A stretch of DNA of 64,000 bases from Lysobacterales bacterium (GTDB lineage Bacteria; Pseudomonadota; Gammaproteobacteria; Xanthomonadales; Xanthomonadaceae), in NCBI GenBank assembly GCA_038236425.1, contig JBBRZU010000001.1, positions 6,006 to 70,005 of the forward strand. The letters are read 5' to 3'. Shown here piece after piece: positions 12,147 to 22,097 of this stretch. The first letter of the stretch is position 1. Every line of letters starts with the position of its first letter. Both the position numbers and the translations under genes were made by a program. Under the pieces are notes generated by a model. That model was not told the origin of the DNA and made no database searches. It was given only the letters and a program-made list of their open reading frames with translations.

Positions 12147-12187
12147 GGAACGAGCCGCTGTAACAAACGAGGCGTTGTCGCGATCAG

Positions 12188-14200
12188 TCAGCCTTGCGGG
12201 CGACGGTCGTGGCCGCCTGTGTTCGTGCGTCGAAGCGCAAGGCGCAGAAAACGTGCCTCGATGCGTGCCGCCAGCGAGTCGGGCCGGGACAGGGCCATGC
12301 GTTCGATCGCGTCGTCTTCGCCTGGCGCGGCTGCACCTGCGGACAACAGCGCAACCAGGATCGTCGACACCATGCCTGCTGGCCGCGCCGTCGCCGACTT
12401 GAGCCATTCAAGCGCGCGCACCAGTTGCTGCTCGACCGGGGTGAAATCGCAGCCGAGCGGGTAATCGATCAACACGCCGTTGCGGCGGAATGGCGCCAAC
12501 CGACGCGAGATCTCCGCCGGCGTATTGGCGGACCAGTCCGGCGGCACGCGAAAGTCCTTCGGAATCTTTCGCGCTGCATCCGCTTGCCGCAGCAGCTCGC
12601 CCTGGAATCGTGCATCGGCGATCGCCGCCATCGCCTTGACGCAGCCCGCGTCGTCCACGCCGCGCAGGTTGGCGATGCCGTATTCGCTCACCGCGATATC
12701 GCGCAGATGGCGCGGGATGGTGCAATGGCCATAGTTCCACGGCACGCTGGTGCTGATGTCGCCCTTGTGTTCGCGGGTTGCCCGGAACATCAGCACCGAG
12801 CGTCCATCGCGCAAGGCATGCGCCATCGCCACGAAGTTGTATTGGCCGCCGACACCGGACACTACCCGTCCGTCCGCCAGGCCATCGGATACTGCGGCGC
12901 CCAATGCGGTGGTCATCATGCAGGTATTGAAGAAGCGCGCACGGCGTCGCTGCAGTCGTTCGCGCTCCTCGAAGCCGCCGTAAAGCTCGTTGATGTGCGA
13001 GATGCGGGTCATGCCCAGGCCGCGCGCCTCGGCAGACGGCATCGTGCCTAGCCAGTGGTACAGGTCTTTCGAGCCCAGGTAGAAACCGCCGTCAAGCCAG
13101 TGGCCCTCGGCCTCGATCAGCGCGCAGTCGGCATCGGTCGCATTGCCGTTGTCGACGCGCAGCATCACGTCCACGTCGTTCAACACCCGGCGCACCAGGA
13201 TGCCTGCCTGGCGTAGCCGCATGAAGCCGTCGTTGACCATCTCGCTGGCGCCGTACAGTCCTTCGACAAAGGGCCCCGTGCCGCCCTGGCTGAGCACCAC
13301 CGCGGATGTCGCCAGCCCGGGCGACAGCGCTTCGAGCAGGGCGAGGTAATCGGCATTGCGTGAATGACGCAGGATCAGCGCATGGCACAGTGCATCCGAC
13401 AAGGTGCCAATGCCGATCTGCAGCGTGCCGCCATCACGAACCAGGGTGCTGGCGTAGAGTCCAATCGCAAACTCGGCATCATTCACCGGTTGGCGCGGAA
13501 TGGCGAACAACATCGGCGCAGGGCCGGGCAACTCGATCACCAGGTCGAAATAGTCACGCGGCACGACGGCGGTGCCGCCGATGTATGGCAGGCCTGGATC
13601 GACTTCCGCGACCAGCATGGGCCGCGGCTTGCCGAGCCGGGCGACTTCGTCGATGAGGTCGAAACTCAGGTCCGGGTTGCAGCTCAGGCTCAGCCTGCTG
13701 CCATCGGGCGAAGCCGCCACCTTCTGTAACAGCACGCTCACATGCGCGGCCACGGTGCGCGCGACATGGGTGTAGTTGAGCGAGTTGTACGAGGACTGGG
13801 CTGAGCGCGAACCGAGCATCGCGCCCGATTGCATGTAGAACTCTTCGACTTTGATGTTTGCCGGAAGCGCATCGCGCTTCTGCGCGACTGTGTACGCCAG
13901 CCGCGGAAAGTCGATGCCGAAATGCCGTGCCGCGAATGGCGCCAGGAAGCGCTTCTCCAGCGACGCGGACGGCGAGGGCGGGTCGAGCGAGAGCGCCGTG
14001 TGGATACGCATGGACAGTGATGTGTCAGCCGCGACACGTGCATACAGGGCGTTGAGAAGGTGGTGTGGCTTGCCCAGTCCAAGCGGCGTGGCAACCTCGA
14101 GCCTGGAACCGCAACGCGCAAGGATCGCGTCGACAGCGGCTTCCAGGGCTGGGCTGTTGCCGGCGTTGGGGTTGTCGGTGGGGCGCGTCGGGTCGGTCAT
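12188..14200 (-). CDS. Acetyl-CoA hydrolase/transferase family protein
   Basis: TPLGLGKP, TLQIGIG, VSGVGGQYNFV, SEYGIANLRG. Confidence 0.88.
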   Translation of the reverse strand: MTDPTRPTDNPNAGNSPALEAAVDAILARCGSRLEVATPLGLGKPHHLLNALYARVAADTSLSMRIHTALSLDPPSPSASLEKRFLAPFAARHFGIDFPRLAYTVAQKRDALPANIKVEEFYMQSGAMLGSRSAQSSYNSLNYTHVARTVAAHVSVLLQKVAASPDGSRLSLSCNPDLSFDLIDEVARLGKPRPMLVAEVDPGLPYIGGTAVVPRDYFDLVIELPGPAPMLFAIPRQPVNDAEFAIGLYASTLVRDGGTLQIGIGTLSDALCHALILRHSRNADYLALLEALSPGLATSAVVLSQGGTGPFVEGLYGASEMVNDGFMRLRQAGILVRRVLNDVDVMLRVDNGNATDADCALIEAEGHWLDGGFYLGSKDLYHWLGTMPSAEARGLGMTRISHINELYGGFEERERLQRRRARFFNTCMMTTALGAAVSDGLADGRVVSGVGGQYNFVAMAHALRDGRSVLMFRATREHKGDISTSVPWNYGHCTIPRHLRDIAVSEYGIANLRGVDDAGCVKAMAAIADARFQGELLRQADAARKIPKDFRVPPDWSANTPAEISRRLAPFRRNGVLIDYPLGCDFTPVEQQLVRALEWLKSATARPAGMVSTILVALLSAGAAAPGEDDAIERMALSRPDSLAARIEARFLRLALRRTNTGGHDRRPQG

Positions 14201-14220
14201 GGCCCAGTATCGCAGACCCC

Positions 14221-14271
14221 TTGACAGGATAAATTACAGGCGTAATCTCAGGCTTGTGATTACATCTGTAA
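14221..14271 (+). promoter_or_regulatory. Sigma70-like promoter with two BlaI/CopY-type operator palindromes
   Basis: TTGACA at 14221, TAATCT at 14243; ATTACAGGCGTAAT (14233-14246) and TTACATCTGTAA (14260-14271) resemble the TACA-N2-TGTA box, directly upstream of the BlaI-family gene. Confidence 0.75.
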
Positions 14272-14291
14272 GCAGGAGGGTCGAAATGGGG

Positions 14292-14669
14292 ATGCAACCT
14301 GACATCAGCGAAGCCGAAGCGGTCGTGATGGAGGTGCTTTGGCGTGAGCCCGGGGCGAGTTCGGCGGATGCCGTGGTTGCCGCGCTGGCCAAGCACCAGG
14401 ACTGGCAGGAAGCGACCATCAAGACCCTGCTCAACCGCCTGCTCAACAAGGGCGCCATCGCAGCAACGCGCGACGGCCGTCGCTACCTCTACACGCCGGT
14501 GCTGCGGCGCGAGCAATGGCTGACCAGTGAGAGCGAGTCCCTGCTCGATCGTCTCTTCGGCGGCCGTGTCGCACCCCTGGTCGCCCACTTCGGGCGCCAC
14601 CGCAAGCTCAGCCGCAAGGACCTGGCCGAGCTCAAGCGCCTGGTCGAGGAGTTGGAAAATGACGACTGA
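14292..14669 (+). CDS. BlaI/MecI/CopY family transcriptional repressor
   Basis: ISEAEAVVMEVLW, WQEATIKTLLNRLLNKG, LLDRLFGG. Confidence 0.93.
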   Translation: MQPDISEAEAVVMEVLWREPGASSADAVVAALAKHQDWQEATIKTLLNRLLNKGAIAATRDGRRYLYTPVLRREQWLTSESESLLDRLFGGRVAPLVAHFGRHRKLSRKDLAELKRLVEELENDD

Positions 14670-15846
14670 GCCGATGGCCTTGCTGCTGCGTTGCGCACTC
14701 TTTGCCACGTTCGCATTGCTGGTGGTGTTTGCACTGCGCTGGCCGGCGCGACGCGTCCTGGGATCGCGGGCGACGTACGCGCTTTGGTGGCTGCCTGTGT
14801 TGGTCTTCACTGCCTGCCTGTTGCCCGGCCCGGCAAGGATCGCTGCAGTGGGCGCGCTGCCGGGAACGCCAATGCTGGCAGACGCCGTCGCGCGCTCCGG
14901 TTCGGCGGTTGCCGCGCTCGACCCGTCCCGACTGCTGCTTCCGATCTGGTTCGGTGGCGCGCTGCTTGCGGCGCTGGCGATGTGGCTGGTGCAGCGCAGT
15001 TACCTGCGCTCGCTTGGGCGGCTCGCGCCTGATCGTGACGGCCACTGGCGCAGCCTGTCAGCGGCCGCGCCCGCTCTGGTGGGTGCATGGCGCGCGCGAT
15101 TGGTACTGCCCGCCGATTTTGAACAGCGCTACTGCGCGGATGAACGCGCATTGATCCTTGCGCATGAAGCCGTGCACCTGCGCCGTCGAGATCCGATCGC
15201 CAATGCAGCGGCAGCGGCCGCACTGTGCCTGTTCTGGTTCAACCCGCTGGCGTGGTGGGCGCTGGGCCGTTTCCGCTTCGATCAGGAACTGGCCTGCGAC
15301 GAAGCCGTACTTGGCGAGCACCCGAATTCGCGCCGCAGCTACGCCAGCGCAATGCTCAAATCCCAGCTTGCGGCCGATGCCGGCCTGCGGCTCCCCCTGG
15401 GTTGCCATTGGGCCGCCCGTCACCCGCTGAAGGAGCGAATCACCATGTTGAAGCGTCCGATTCCCGCACGTGCATGTCGTGTGTCGGGACTGTTGCTCTC
15501 ACTCGGCCTGGCGGCTGCCTGCAGCTACACCGCGTGGGCCAGTGACACGCCCTCTTCGCAACCGGTTCGCCACCTGACCCGCCTGGTGGCGGCCGATCAC
15601 ATGGACCCGCCTGCGTATCCAAAGGAACTGCTGGCCTCGAAGATTGAGGGCAAGGTAGAGCTGGACATCCTGGTCGGCACTGATGGCCACGTCATCGACG
15701 CGCGAGTTTTCAAAGCCGAGCCAGCCGGGCTGTTCGACGCGGCAATTCTTGAGGCAGCGCGGAAATGGACCTTCGTGCCGGGCCGCGACGACAACGGTAA
15801 GCCGCTGCAGGGCTGGGTGCGAACGACCGTCGAGTTCCGGCCCTGA
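14659..15846 (+). CDS. M56 (BlaR1-like) metallopeptidase fused to a C-terminal TonB domain
   Basis: YALWWL, AHEAVH (HExxH), FWFNPLAW, DQELACD, LKERITML; C-terminal PPAYP...EGKVELDILVGTDGHV...FDAAILEAARKWTFVP. Confidence 0.9.
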   Translation: MTTEPMALLLRCALFATFALLVVFALRWPARRVLGSRATYALWWLPVLVFTACLLPGPARIAAVGALPGTPMLADAVARSGSAVAALDPSRLLLPIWFGGALLAALAMWLVQRSYLRSLGRLAPDRDGHWRSLSAAAPALVGAWRARLVLPADFEQRYCADERALILAHEAVHLRRRDPIANAAAAAALCLFWFNPLAWWALGRFRFDQELACDEAVLGEHPNSRRSYASAMLKSQLAADAGLRLPLGCHWAARHPLKERITMLKRPIPARACRVSGLLLSLGLAAACSYTAWASDTPSSQPVRHLTRLVAADHMDPPAYPKELLASKIEGKVELDILVGTDGHVIDARVFKAEPAGLFDAAILEAARKWTFVPGRDDNGKPLQGWVRTTVEFRP

Positions 15847-15853
15847 GTTGGAT

Positions 15854-16717
15854 TCAAAGCGTGTCGAGCGGCAGGCGCAGGTAACGCTTGCCGTCGGCAT
15901 CGGCCGGCGGCAATTCGCCGGCGCGAATATTCACCTGCACCGCCGGCAGGATCAGCGCCGGCAGCGAAAGCGTGGCATCGCGGGCGGTCCGCATCGCCAC
16001 GAACGCGTCGCAGTCCACCGCAACGCGTGCGTGGATGTTGCCGGCCTTTTCCGCCGCGATCGTCGTCTCGGCCTGCGGCGCGCGGCCGCCCGGGCCATAG
16101 TCGTGGCAGACGAATACGCGTGTGTCATCCGGCAGCGCATACAGGCGATGGATCGAGGCATACAGGATCTTCGCATCGCCGCCAGGGAAGTCGCAGCGCG
16201 CGGTGCCGCCATCGGGCATGAACAGGCTGTCGCCGACGAATACCGCGTCGCCGATGTGGTAACTCAGGCTGTCGCTGGTGTGACCCGGCGTGGCGATCAC
16301 TTCAATCTCGAGTTCGCCCAGTGGCAGGCGATCGCCATGTTCGAACAGATGGTCGAACTGCGACCCATCGGTCGCGAACGTCGGCCCCAATCCGAACACT
16401 TCCTGAAACACGCGCTGCACATCGCGGATCCCGCTGCCGATACCCACCGGCACGCCAAGCTGCTGCTTCAACCACGCCGCGGATGACAGATGGTCGGCAT
16501 GGGCATGCGTCTCGAGGATCCACGCCACGCGCAGGTCTTCGGCCCGGCACAGCGCGAGCACCGCCTCGGCTTCGGTGTGCGCGGTGCGTGCTCCATTGGC
16601 CTCGTAGTCCAGCACCGGGTCGATGATCGCGGCGACGCGGGTGGCCGGAGCAACGACAACATGGGTCCAGGTGCCGGTCTGTGCGTGATAGCGGGAGTGG
16701 ACGATCGGTGCGGTCAT
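15854..16717 (-). CDS. MBL-fold metallo-hydrolase (persulfide dioxygenase-like)
   Basis: IIDPVLDY, ILETHAHADHLS, TPGHT, GTARCDFPGG, CHDY. Confidence 0.88.
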   Translation of the reverse strand: MTAPIVHSRYHAQTGTWTHVVVAPATRVAAIIDPVLDYEANGARTAHTEAEAVLALCRAEDLRVAWILETHAHADHLSSAAWLKQQLGVPVGIGSGIRDVQRVFQEVFGLGPTFATDGSQFDHLFEHGDRLPLGELEIEVIATPGHTSDSLSYHIGDAVFVGDSLFMPDGGTARCDFPGGDAKILYASIHRLYALPDDTRVFVCHDYGPGGRAPQAETTIAAEKAGNIHARVAVDCDAFVAMRTARDATLSLPALILPAVQVNIRAGELPPADADGKRYLRLPLDTL

Positions 16718-17553
16718 GGACGCGCGGCTCGCTTCAGCGGATCGAGTGCGTCGTTGAGCATGTCGGCCAGCCGGTCGCCGGCCTCGCGCAGGCGCTGCTG
16801 CATCTGCGTGCGATGGGCGTCGAGGTACTCGTTGCCGATCGAATGACCCGTCGGGTACAGGTTGCCGTCGCGCACGATCCGGCAGCTTTCGAGCGCCCAC
16901 TCCACCGTCGCGCGATCGGAGTGCCGGGTTGGATCCGCTGGCAGCGGCGGCAGCGCCGCAAGCAAGGCGGGGTAGCCGGCCTCGTCGCTGCCGGCCACCG
17001 ACAGCGCACGCTGCAACAACAGCCGGTCCCAGGCCTGGTGCAGGTTGGTGCCGGTGCCATTGACCGACAATTGGTAGTCGTTGCCGCCCTTGTCGTCGCG
17101 CGACGAGGCGTGCAGCGGCTGGTGCGCGTCGCCGACCAGGTGCACCAGGTACTTGAGTGCATCGCGCCGCTCGACATCCGGGCGGCGGCGATCGCCAAGC
17201 ACGAGGAGCTGCCGGTTGATCGCGGCGACAACGCATTTGCCGTCCGGACAATCGCGCGGCGGCACGTACTCGCATCCGTCCTTGAAGTTCACGTAATGCC
17301 ACTGCCGGGTGTCAGCCATGCCCGGCGCGTTGGAATCGCGCTGCTCGTCGGCCCAGTTGGCGACATCAGACAGGTGCGTCGCGCCGTCCAGGGCAAGCAA
17401 GCGCCGGGCTTCGGCGAGCGCTGCGGGACGCAACTGCGCCTCGGCGCGGCTGGCAATGATGCGGTGTCCCGGAGGGCCCCAGGCGAAAGCGAGCCCTGGC
17501 AGCAGGGCCAGCAGGGTGAAAATCACGGTCAAAGCAAGACGAATTGGGCGCAT
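16714..17553 (-). CDS. S1/P1 nuclease
   Basis: Signal peptide then WGPPGH, WAD, WHYVN, HLVGDAHQPLH, NLHQAWD. Confidence 0.93.
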   Translation of the reverse strand: MRPIRLALTVIFTLLALLPGLAFAWGPPGHRIIASRAEAQLRPAALAEARRLLALDGATHLSDVANWADEQRDSNAPGMADTRQWHYVNFKDGCEYVPPRDCPDGKCVVAAINRQLLVLGDRRRPDVERRDALKYLVHLVGDAHQPLHASSRDDKGGNDYQLSVNGTGTNLHQAWDRLLLQRALSVAGSDEAGYPALLAALPPLPADPTRHSDRATVEWALESCRIVRDGNLYPTGHSIGNEYLDAHRTQMQQRLREAGDRLADMLNDALDPLKRAARP

Positions 17554-17660
17554 CGGGCTCCAGGATGGCCGCCCGGAACGCACAGGGGTGTCGCCGGGGC
17601 GGCCGCAGGCGATAAAATGGCGGTCTGTCCCTAGTGTCCCTCATTCCCAGGAGCTTGCCC

Positions 17661-18674
17661 ATGGCGATCAAGGTCGCGATCAACGGTTACGGACGCATCG
17701 GCCGCAACGTGCTGCGCGCTATTTATGAATCTGGCCGGCGGGACGAGATCCAGGTCGTTGCGATCAACGATCTCGGCGACGCCGCCACCAATGCCCACCT
17801 GACCCAGTACGACACCGCGCACGGAAAGTTTCCGGGCGAAGTCTCCGCCGAGGGCGGCGACATCATCGTCAACGGCGACCGGATCAAGGTGTACGCGATC
17901 CGCAATCCGGCCGAGATTCCGTGGCGCGACCACGACGTGGACGTGGTGCTCGAATGCACCGGCCTGTTCAATTCCAAGGCCAAGGCCGGCGCGCATCTCG
18001 CCGGTGGCGCCAAGAAGGTCATCCTCTCCGCGCCCGGCGACAAGGACGTGGACGGCACCTTCGTGTTCGGCGTCAACCACGACAAGCTGACCGCCGCGCA
18101 CACCGTCATCTCCAATGCGTCGTGCACCACCAATTGCCTGGCGCCGCTGGCCAAGGTGCTGCACGAGAAGATCGGCATCGTGCATGGCCTGATGACGACC
18201 ATCCACGCCTATACCAATGACCAGGTGCTTACCGACGTCTATCACACCGACCTGCGTCGCGCGCGCAGTGCGACGATGTCGCAGATCCCGACCAAGACGG
18301 GTGCCGCAGCAGCTGTCGGCCTTGTGCTCCCCGAGTTGAACGGAAAGCTGGACGGCTTTGCGATGCGCGTTCCAACCATCAATGTCTCGGTGGTGGACCT
18401 GTGCTTTGTCGCCGCCCGCGACACCAGCAAGGAAGAGATCGACGCGGTCGTGCTGGAAGCCAGCAAGGGCACGCTGAAGGGCATTCTCGGATTCAACACT
18501 GCGCCGCTGGTGTCGGTGGATTTCAACCACGACCCGCGCAGCTCGGTGTACGACAGCACGCTGACCAAGGTCACCGGTGGTACGCTGGTCAAGGTGCTGG
18601 CCTGGTACGACAACGAGTGGGGCTTCTCCAACCGCATGCTCGACATGACCGTCGCGCTGATGGCGGCCAAATAA
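17661..18674 (+). CDS. gap: Glyceraldehyde-3-phosphate dehydrogenase (type I)
   Basis: [30 protein letters not shown]. Confidence 0.98.
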   Translation: MAIKVAINGYGRIGRNVLRAIYESGRRDEIQVVAINDLGDAATNAHLTQYDTAHGKFPGEVSAEGGDIIVNGDRIKVYAIRNPAEIPWRDHDVDVVLECTGLFNSKAKAGAHLAGGAKKVILSAPGDKDVDGTFVFGVNHDKLTAAHTVISNASCTTNCLAPLAKVLHEKIGIVHGLMTTIHAYTNDQVLTDVYHTDLRRARSATMSQIPTKTGAAAAVGLVLPELNGKLDGFAMRVPTINVSVVDLCFVAARDTSKEEIDAVVLEASKGTLKGILGFNTAPLVSVDFNHDPRSSVYDSTLTKVTGGTLVKVLAWYDNEWGFSNRMLDMTVALMAAK

Positions 18675-18684
18675 AGGTTCGCCC

Positions 18685-19566
18685 GTGCGCCTGGCCGGGC
18701 TTGGAATGGTGCTTGCGCTCATGACGGGCGCCGGCACCGCATCGGCTGGCACTGTATCGGCCGGCGCCGCATCGGCTGGCATTGCGTCTGTCGGCACTGC
18801 GTCGGCGCAGACCGGCTTCCTCGATCGCACGGTCACCGTCGATGGCGTGGCGTATCGCTACCAGGTGTATGTCCCGGTCGACTACATGCCCGATCGCGAG
18901 TGGCCGGTCGCCCTGTTCCTGCACGGATCGGGCGAGCGCGGTGACGACGGCACCAAGCAGACCAATGCCGGCATCGGTCCGGCGATCCGCAACGATCGCA
19001 AGCGCTTCCCGCTGATTGTGGTGATGCCGCAGACGCGCGAGAACACGCGCTGGAATGGCGCCATGGCGAAACAGGCGATGCAGGCGCTGGACGCATCGAT
19101 CCTGGAATTCCACGGCGACCCGCAGCGCATCTACCTGACCGGCATGTCCATGGGTGGGCAGGGCACTTGGCTACTCGCCGCGGCCCATCCGCACCGGTTT
19201 GCCGCGATGGCACCGATCTGCGGGTTCCTGCGCCTCAAGAACGACGACGATGTCGTTGATCCGGTCGCGGACAAACTCCTGGTGGCGGACTTCCCGGAGT
19301 TGCTGGCCGACAATCCCTCGGCTGCCATGGCGCGCCGCATCGGCGGGACGCCTGCTTGGATATTCCATGGCGCCGATGACGATCTCGTGCCAGTGCACAA
19401 CGCGCAGCGCATGGCCGCCGCGATGCGCGCCGTCGGCGGCGAAGTGCGCTATAGCGAATATCCCGGCGTCAACCACGGCTCCTGGGATCGCGCCTATGCC
19501 GAACCGGAACTCGTGTCCTGGTTGTTGTCGCATCGCCTGGACGACAACAAGACGAGCCGACCCTAG
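18685..19566 (+). CDS. Secreted alpha/beta hydrolase (predicted esterase/peptidase)
   Basis: FLHGSGERG, nucleophile elbow GMSMG, FHGADD, NHGSW; signal peptide followed by GTASA-like pentapeptide repeats. Confidence 0.82.
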   Translation: MRLAGLGMVLALMTGAGTASAGTVSAGAASAGIASVGTASAQTGFLDRTVTVDGVAYRYQVYVPVDYMPDREWPVALFLHGSGERGDDGTKQTNAGIGPAIRNDRKRFPLIVVMPQTRENTRWNGAMAKQAMQALDASILEFHGDPQRIYLTGMSMGGQGTWLLAAAHPHRFAAMAPICGFLRLKNDDDVVDPVADKLLVADFPELLADNPSAAMARRIGGTPAWIFHGADDDLVPVHNAQRMAAAMRAVGGEVRYSEYPGVNHGSWDRAYAEPELVSWLLSHRLDDNKTSRP

Positions 19567-19623
19567 GTTCGATCGGTGGTGTGTCGCCGGCGATGGTGGC
19601 GCTTCGTGACGGGGCGAGTCATG

Positions 19624-19703
19624 TCAGGCTGAGTCGCATCCGGGCTGAGTTGCAGCAGGGCTGAGTTGCATCAAGGCTGAGTTGCATCAGGGCTGAGTTG
19701 CAT
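19624..19703. repeat. 16-bp tandem repeat x5 (CAGGGCTGAGTTGCAT)
   Basis: Five consecutive units with few mismatches, abutting the Sua5 stop codon. Confidence 0.9.
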
Positions 19704-20686
19704 CAGGGCGAGTCGTCGCCAGGTTCCGCGCCAGCGGCGGCACGCCGCAGGCGATCGTGCACCGCCAGCCAGTCGCCGCCTTGCGGCGGCTGCTCCACCA
19801 GCAACAGATGGCTTCCATCGTTGTCCAGTGCGCGCATCGCCGCGTACAGGCCATGGGCATACGCGTGTGCGTCGGCCGGCAAGACCTGGCCGCGGGTTCC
19901 GGCGGGCAACGCGCCAAGCACAAGCGCGCGGACGTGCTTGCCCAGCGCAGCTTGCTGGCTGGCCTCAGCCTCCAGTGCCGCGCGCGACAGCAACAGCATC
20001 GGGGTGCGTGGCGCGTAGTGGGCTTCCAGCGTGCCAGAGGCACGTGGGCTGTCTTGGCCACTGCCCAGCAGCACTGGCCCGATCACGGCCTCGATCTGCG
20101 CCTGGGTGATGCGACCCGGCCGCAGGATCCGCGGCGTGCTACCGACAAAGGCGACGATCGTGCTCTCGATGCCGACCTCGCAGTCGCCGCCGTCAAGCAC
20201 GATCGGAACGGCATCGCCAAACTCATCGCGCACATGGGACGCCTTGGTCGGACTGATCCGGCCGAACCGGTTTGCCGACGGTGCCGCCACGCCGCCGTCG
20301 AAGGCATCCAGCAACTGGCGCGCCAGCGGATGCGCCGGGCATCGCAAGCCGACCGTGTCCTGGCCACCGGTAACGGCATCGAGCACCATGGGTTGGCGCG
20401 GCAGGATCAGCGTCAACGGGCCCGGCCAGAATGCAGCTGCGAGCGCGCGTGCGCCGTCGGGGATGTCGCGGGCCCACGACGATAATTGCGCTGTGCTGGC
20501 GAGGTGGACGATCAGCGGGTGGTCCGCCGGCCGGCCCTTGAGCGCAAAGATCTTGCGCACGGCGGCGGCGTTCGATGCATCTGCGGCCAGGCCGTAGACG
20601 GTTTCGGTGGGCAGGCCGATCACTTCGCCACGGCGCAGCGCGGCGACCGCATCGGCGAGTCGGGCGGACGCGGCTGCGGCGGTCAC
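19703..20686 (-). CDS. L-threonylcarbamoyladenylate synthase (Sua5 type, with C-terminal SUA5 domain)
   Basis: [43 protein letters not shown]; start codon uncertain. Confidence 0.92.
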   Translation of the reverse strand: MTAAAASARLADAVAALRRGEVIGLPTETVYGLAADASNAAAVRKIFALKGRPADHPLIVHLASTAQLSSWARDIPDGARALAAAFWPGPLTLILPRQPMVLDAVTGGQDTVGLRCPAHPLARQLLDAFDGGVAAPSANRFGRISPTKASHVRDEFGDAVPIVLDGGDCEVGIESTIVAFVGSTPRILRPGRITQAQIEAVIGPVLLGSGQDSPRASGTLEAHYAPRTPMLLLSRAALEAEASQQAALGKHVRALVLGALPAGTRGQVLPADAHAYAHGLYAAMRALDNDGSHLLLVEQPPQGGDWLAVHDRLRRAAAGAEPGDDSP

Positions 20687-20865
20687 GCGGTGCGCCCCGA
20701 CCCGGCCACGCGGGATCGGCGCACTGCTGCAGACGCCGGCAGGGGGAGCGACAGTGGCGCGGGGCGGACCATGGCCCATTCTCCCACAGCGCCCCGGCCA
20801 CGAAGTCCTGTACCCGGTCCCGCCCCGCGGGCGAAAATACGCCCTTCAACAAACGGAGCACGCCC

Positions 20866-22041
20866 ATGGCCATCACCCGCATGACCGACCTGGATCTCGC
20901 CGGCAAGCGCGTGCTGGTACGCGAGGACCTCAACGTGCCGGTGAAGGATGGGCGGGTCACGTCCGAACAACGCATCCTCGCCGCGCTGCCGACGCTGCGC
21001 CTGGCGCTGGAGCGCGGCGCGGCCGTGATGGTGACTTCGCATCTTGGGCGTCCGAAAGAAGGCACCTGGAGCGCGGAAGACTCGCTCGCGCCGGTGGCCG
21101 CGCGGCTGTCGGAACTGCTGGGCCGCCCGGTCCCGCTGCTGCGCCACTGGGTGGATGGCGTGGATGTGTCGCCGGGTGACATCGTGCTGTTGGAAAATTG
21201 CCGCATGAACGTCGGCGAGGGCAAGGATGACGAGACGCTGGCGCGCAAGTATGCCGCGCTGTGCGACATCTTCGTGATGGATGCCTTCGGCACCTCGCAT
21301 CGCGCGCAGGCCTCCACGCACGGCGTGATCCGCTTTGCCCCGATCGCCTGCGGCGGGCCCTTGCTGATGGCCGAGCTGGATGCACTCGCGCTCGCACTGG
21401 AAGCGCCGAAGCGGCCGATGCTGGCGATCGTCGCAGGTTCGAAGGTGTCGACCAAGCTTGAACTGCTCGGCAACCTGGTCGGCAAGGTGGACCAGCTGAT
21501 CGTCGGCGGCGGCATCGCCAATACTTTCCTGGCTGCCAACGGCCTGCCGGTGGGCAAGTCTCTGTGCGAGCACGACCTGGTCGACACCGCGCGCAAGATC
21601 ATGGCCGACGCCGATGCGCGCGGCGCGCATATCCCGCTGCCGGTGGACGTCGTGGTGGCCGATCGCTTCGCTGCCGATGCCACGGCGACGGTCAAGCGCG
21701 TGGAAGATGTCGCAGCCGAGGACATGATCCTCGACATCGGGCCGCAGACGTCGGCTCGCTACGCCGCGCTTATAGCGGGTGCGGGAACCGTGCTTTGGAA
21801 TGGTCCGGTCGGGGTGTTCGAGTTCGACGCCTTCGGCGCCGGCACCCGCGCACTGGCCGAGGCCATCGCCGCCTCGGATGCATTTTCCATCGCTGGCGGC
21901 GGCGACACCCTGGCGGCCGTGGACAAGTACGGCGTGGCGGCAGGGATCGGCTACATCTCCACCGGTGGCGGCGCCTTCCTCGAGTTTTGCGAGGGCAAAC
22001 CACTGCCGGCGGTAGTCGCGCTCGAGGCGCGCAGCGCCTGA
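20866..22041 (+). CDS. pgk: Phosphoglycerate kinase
   Basis: [40 protein letters not shown]. Confidence 0.98.
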   Translation: MAITRMTDLDLAGKRVLVREDLNVPVKDGRVTSEQRILAALPTLRLALERGAAVMVTSHLGRPKEGTWSAEDSLAPVAARLSELLGRPVPLLRHWVDGVDVSPGDIVLLENCRMNVGEGKDDETLARKYAALCDIFVMDAFGTSHRAQASTHGVIRFAPIACGGPLLMAELDALALALEAPKRPMLAIVAGSKVSTKLELLGNLVGKVDQLIVGGGIANTFLAANGLPVGKSLCEHDLVDTARKIMADADARGAHIPLPVDVVVADRFAADATATVKRVEDVAAEDMILDIGPQTSARYAALIAGAGTVLWNGPVGVFEFDAFGAGTRALAEAIAASDAFSIAGGGDTLAAVDKYGVAAGIGYISTGGGAFLEFCEGKPLPAVVALEARSA

Positions 22042-22097
22042 CGGCGCGTCCGCCGCTGGGCTATGGTAGTTTTTCAGCTTCATTCAAGGCGATGCCA

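Noticed and set aside
5234-12407. Long antisense ORFs (e.g. 5234-7495, 9957-12407; also 36309-39293)
   Set aside because: Shadow ORFs opposite well-supported genes, expected in high-GC DNA; no recognisable motifs.
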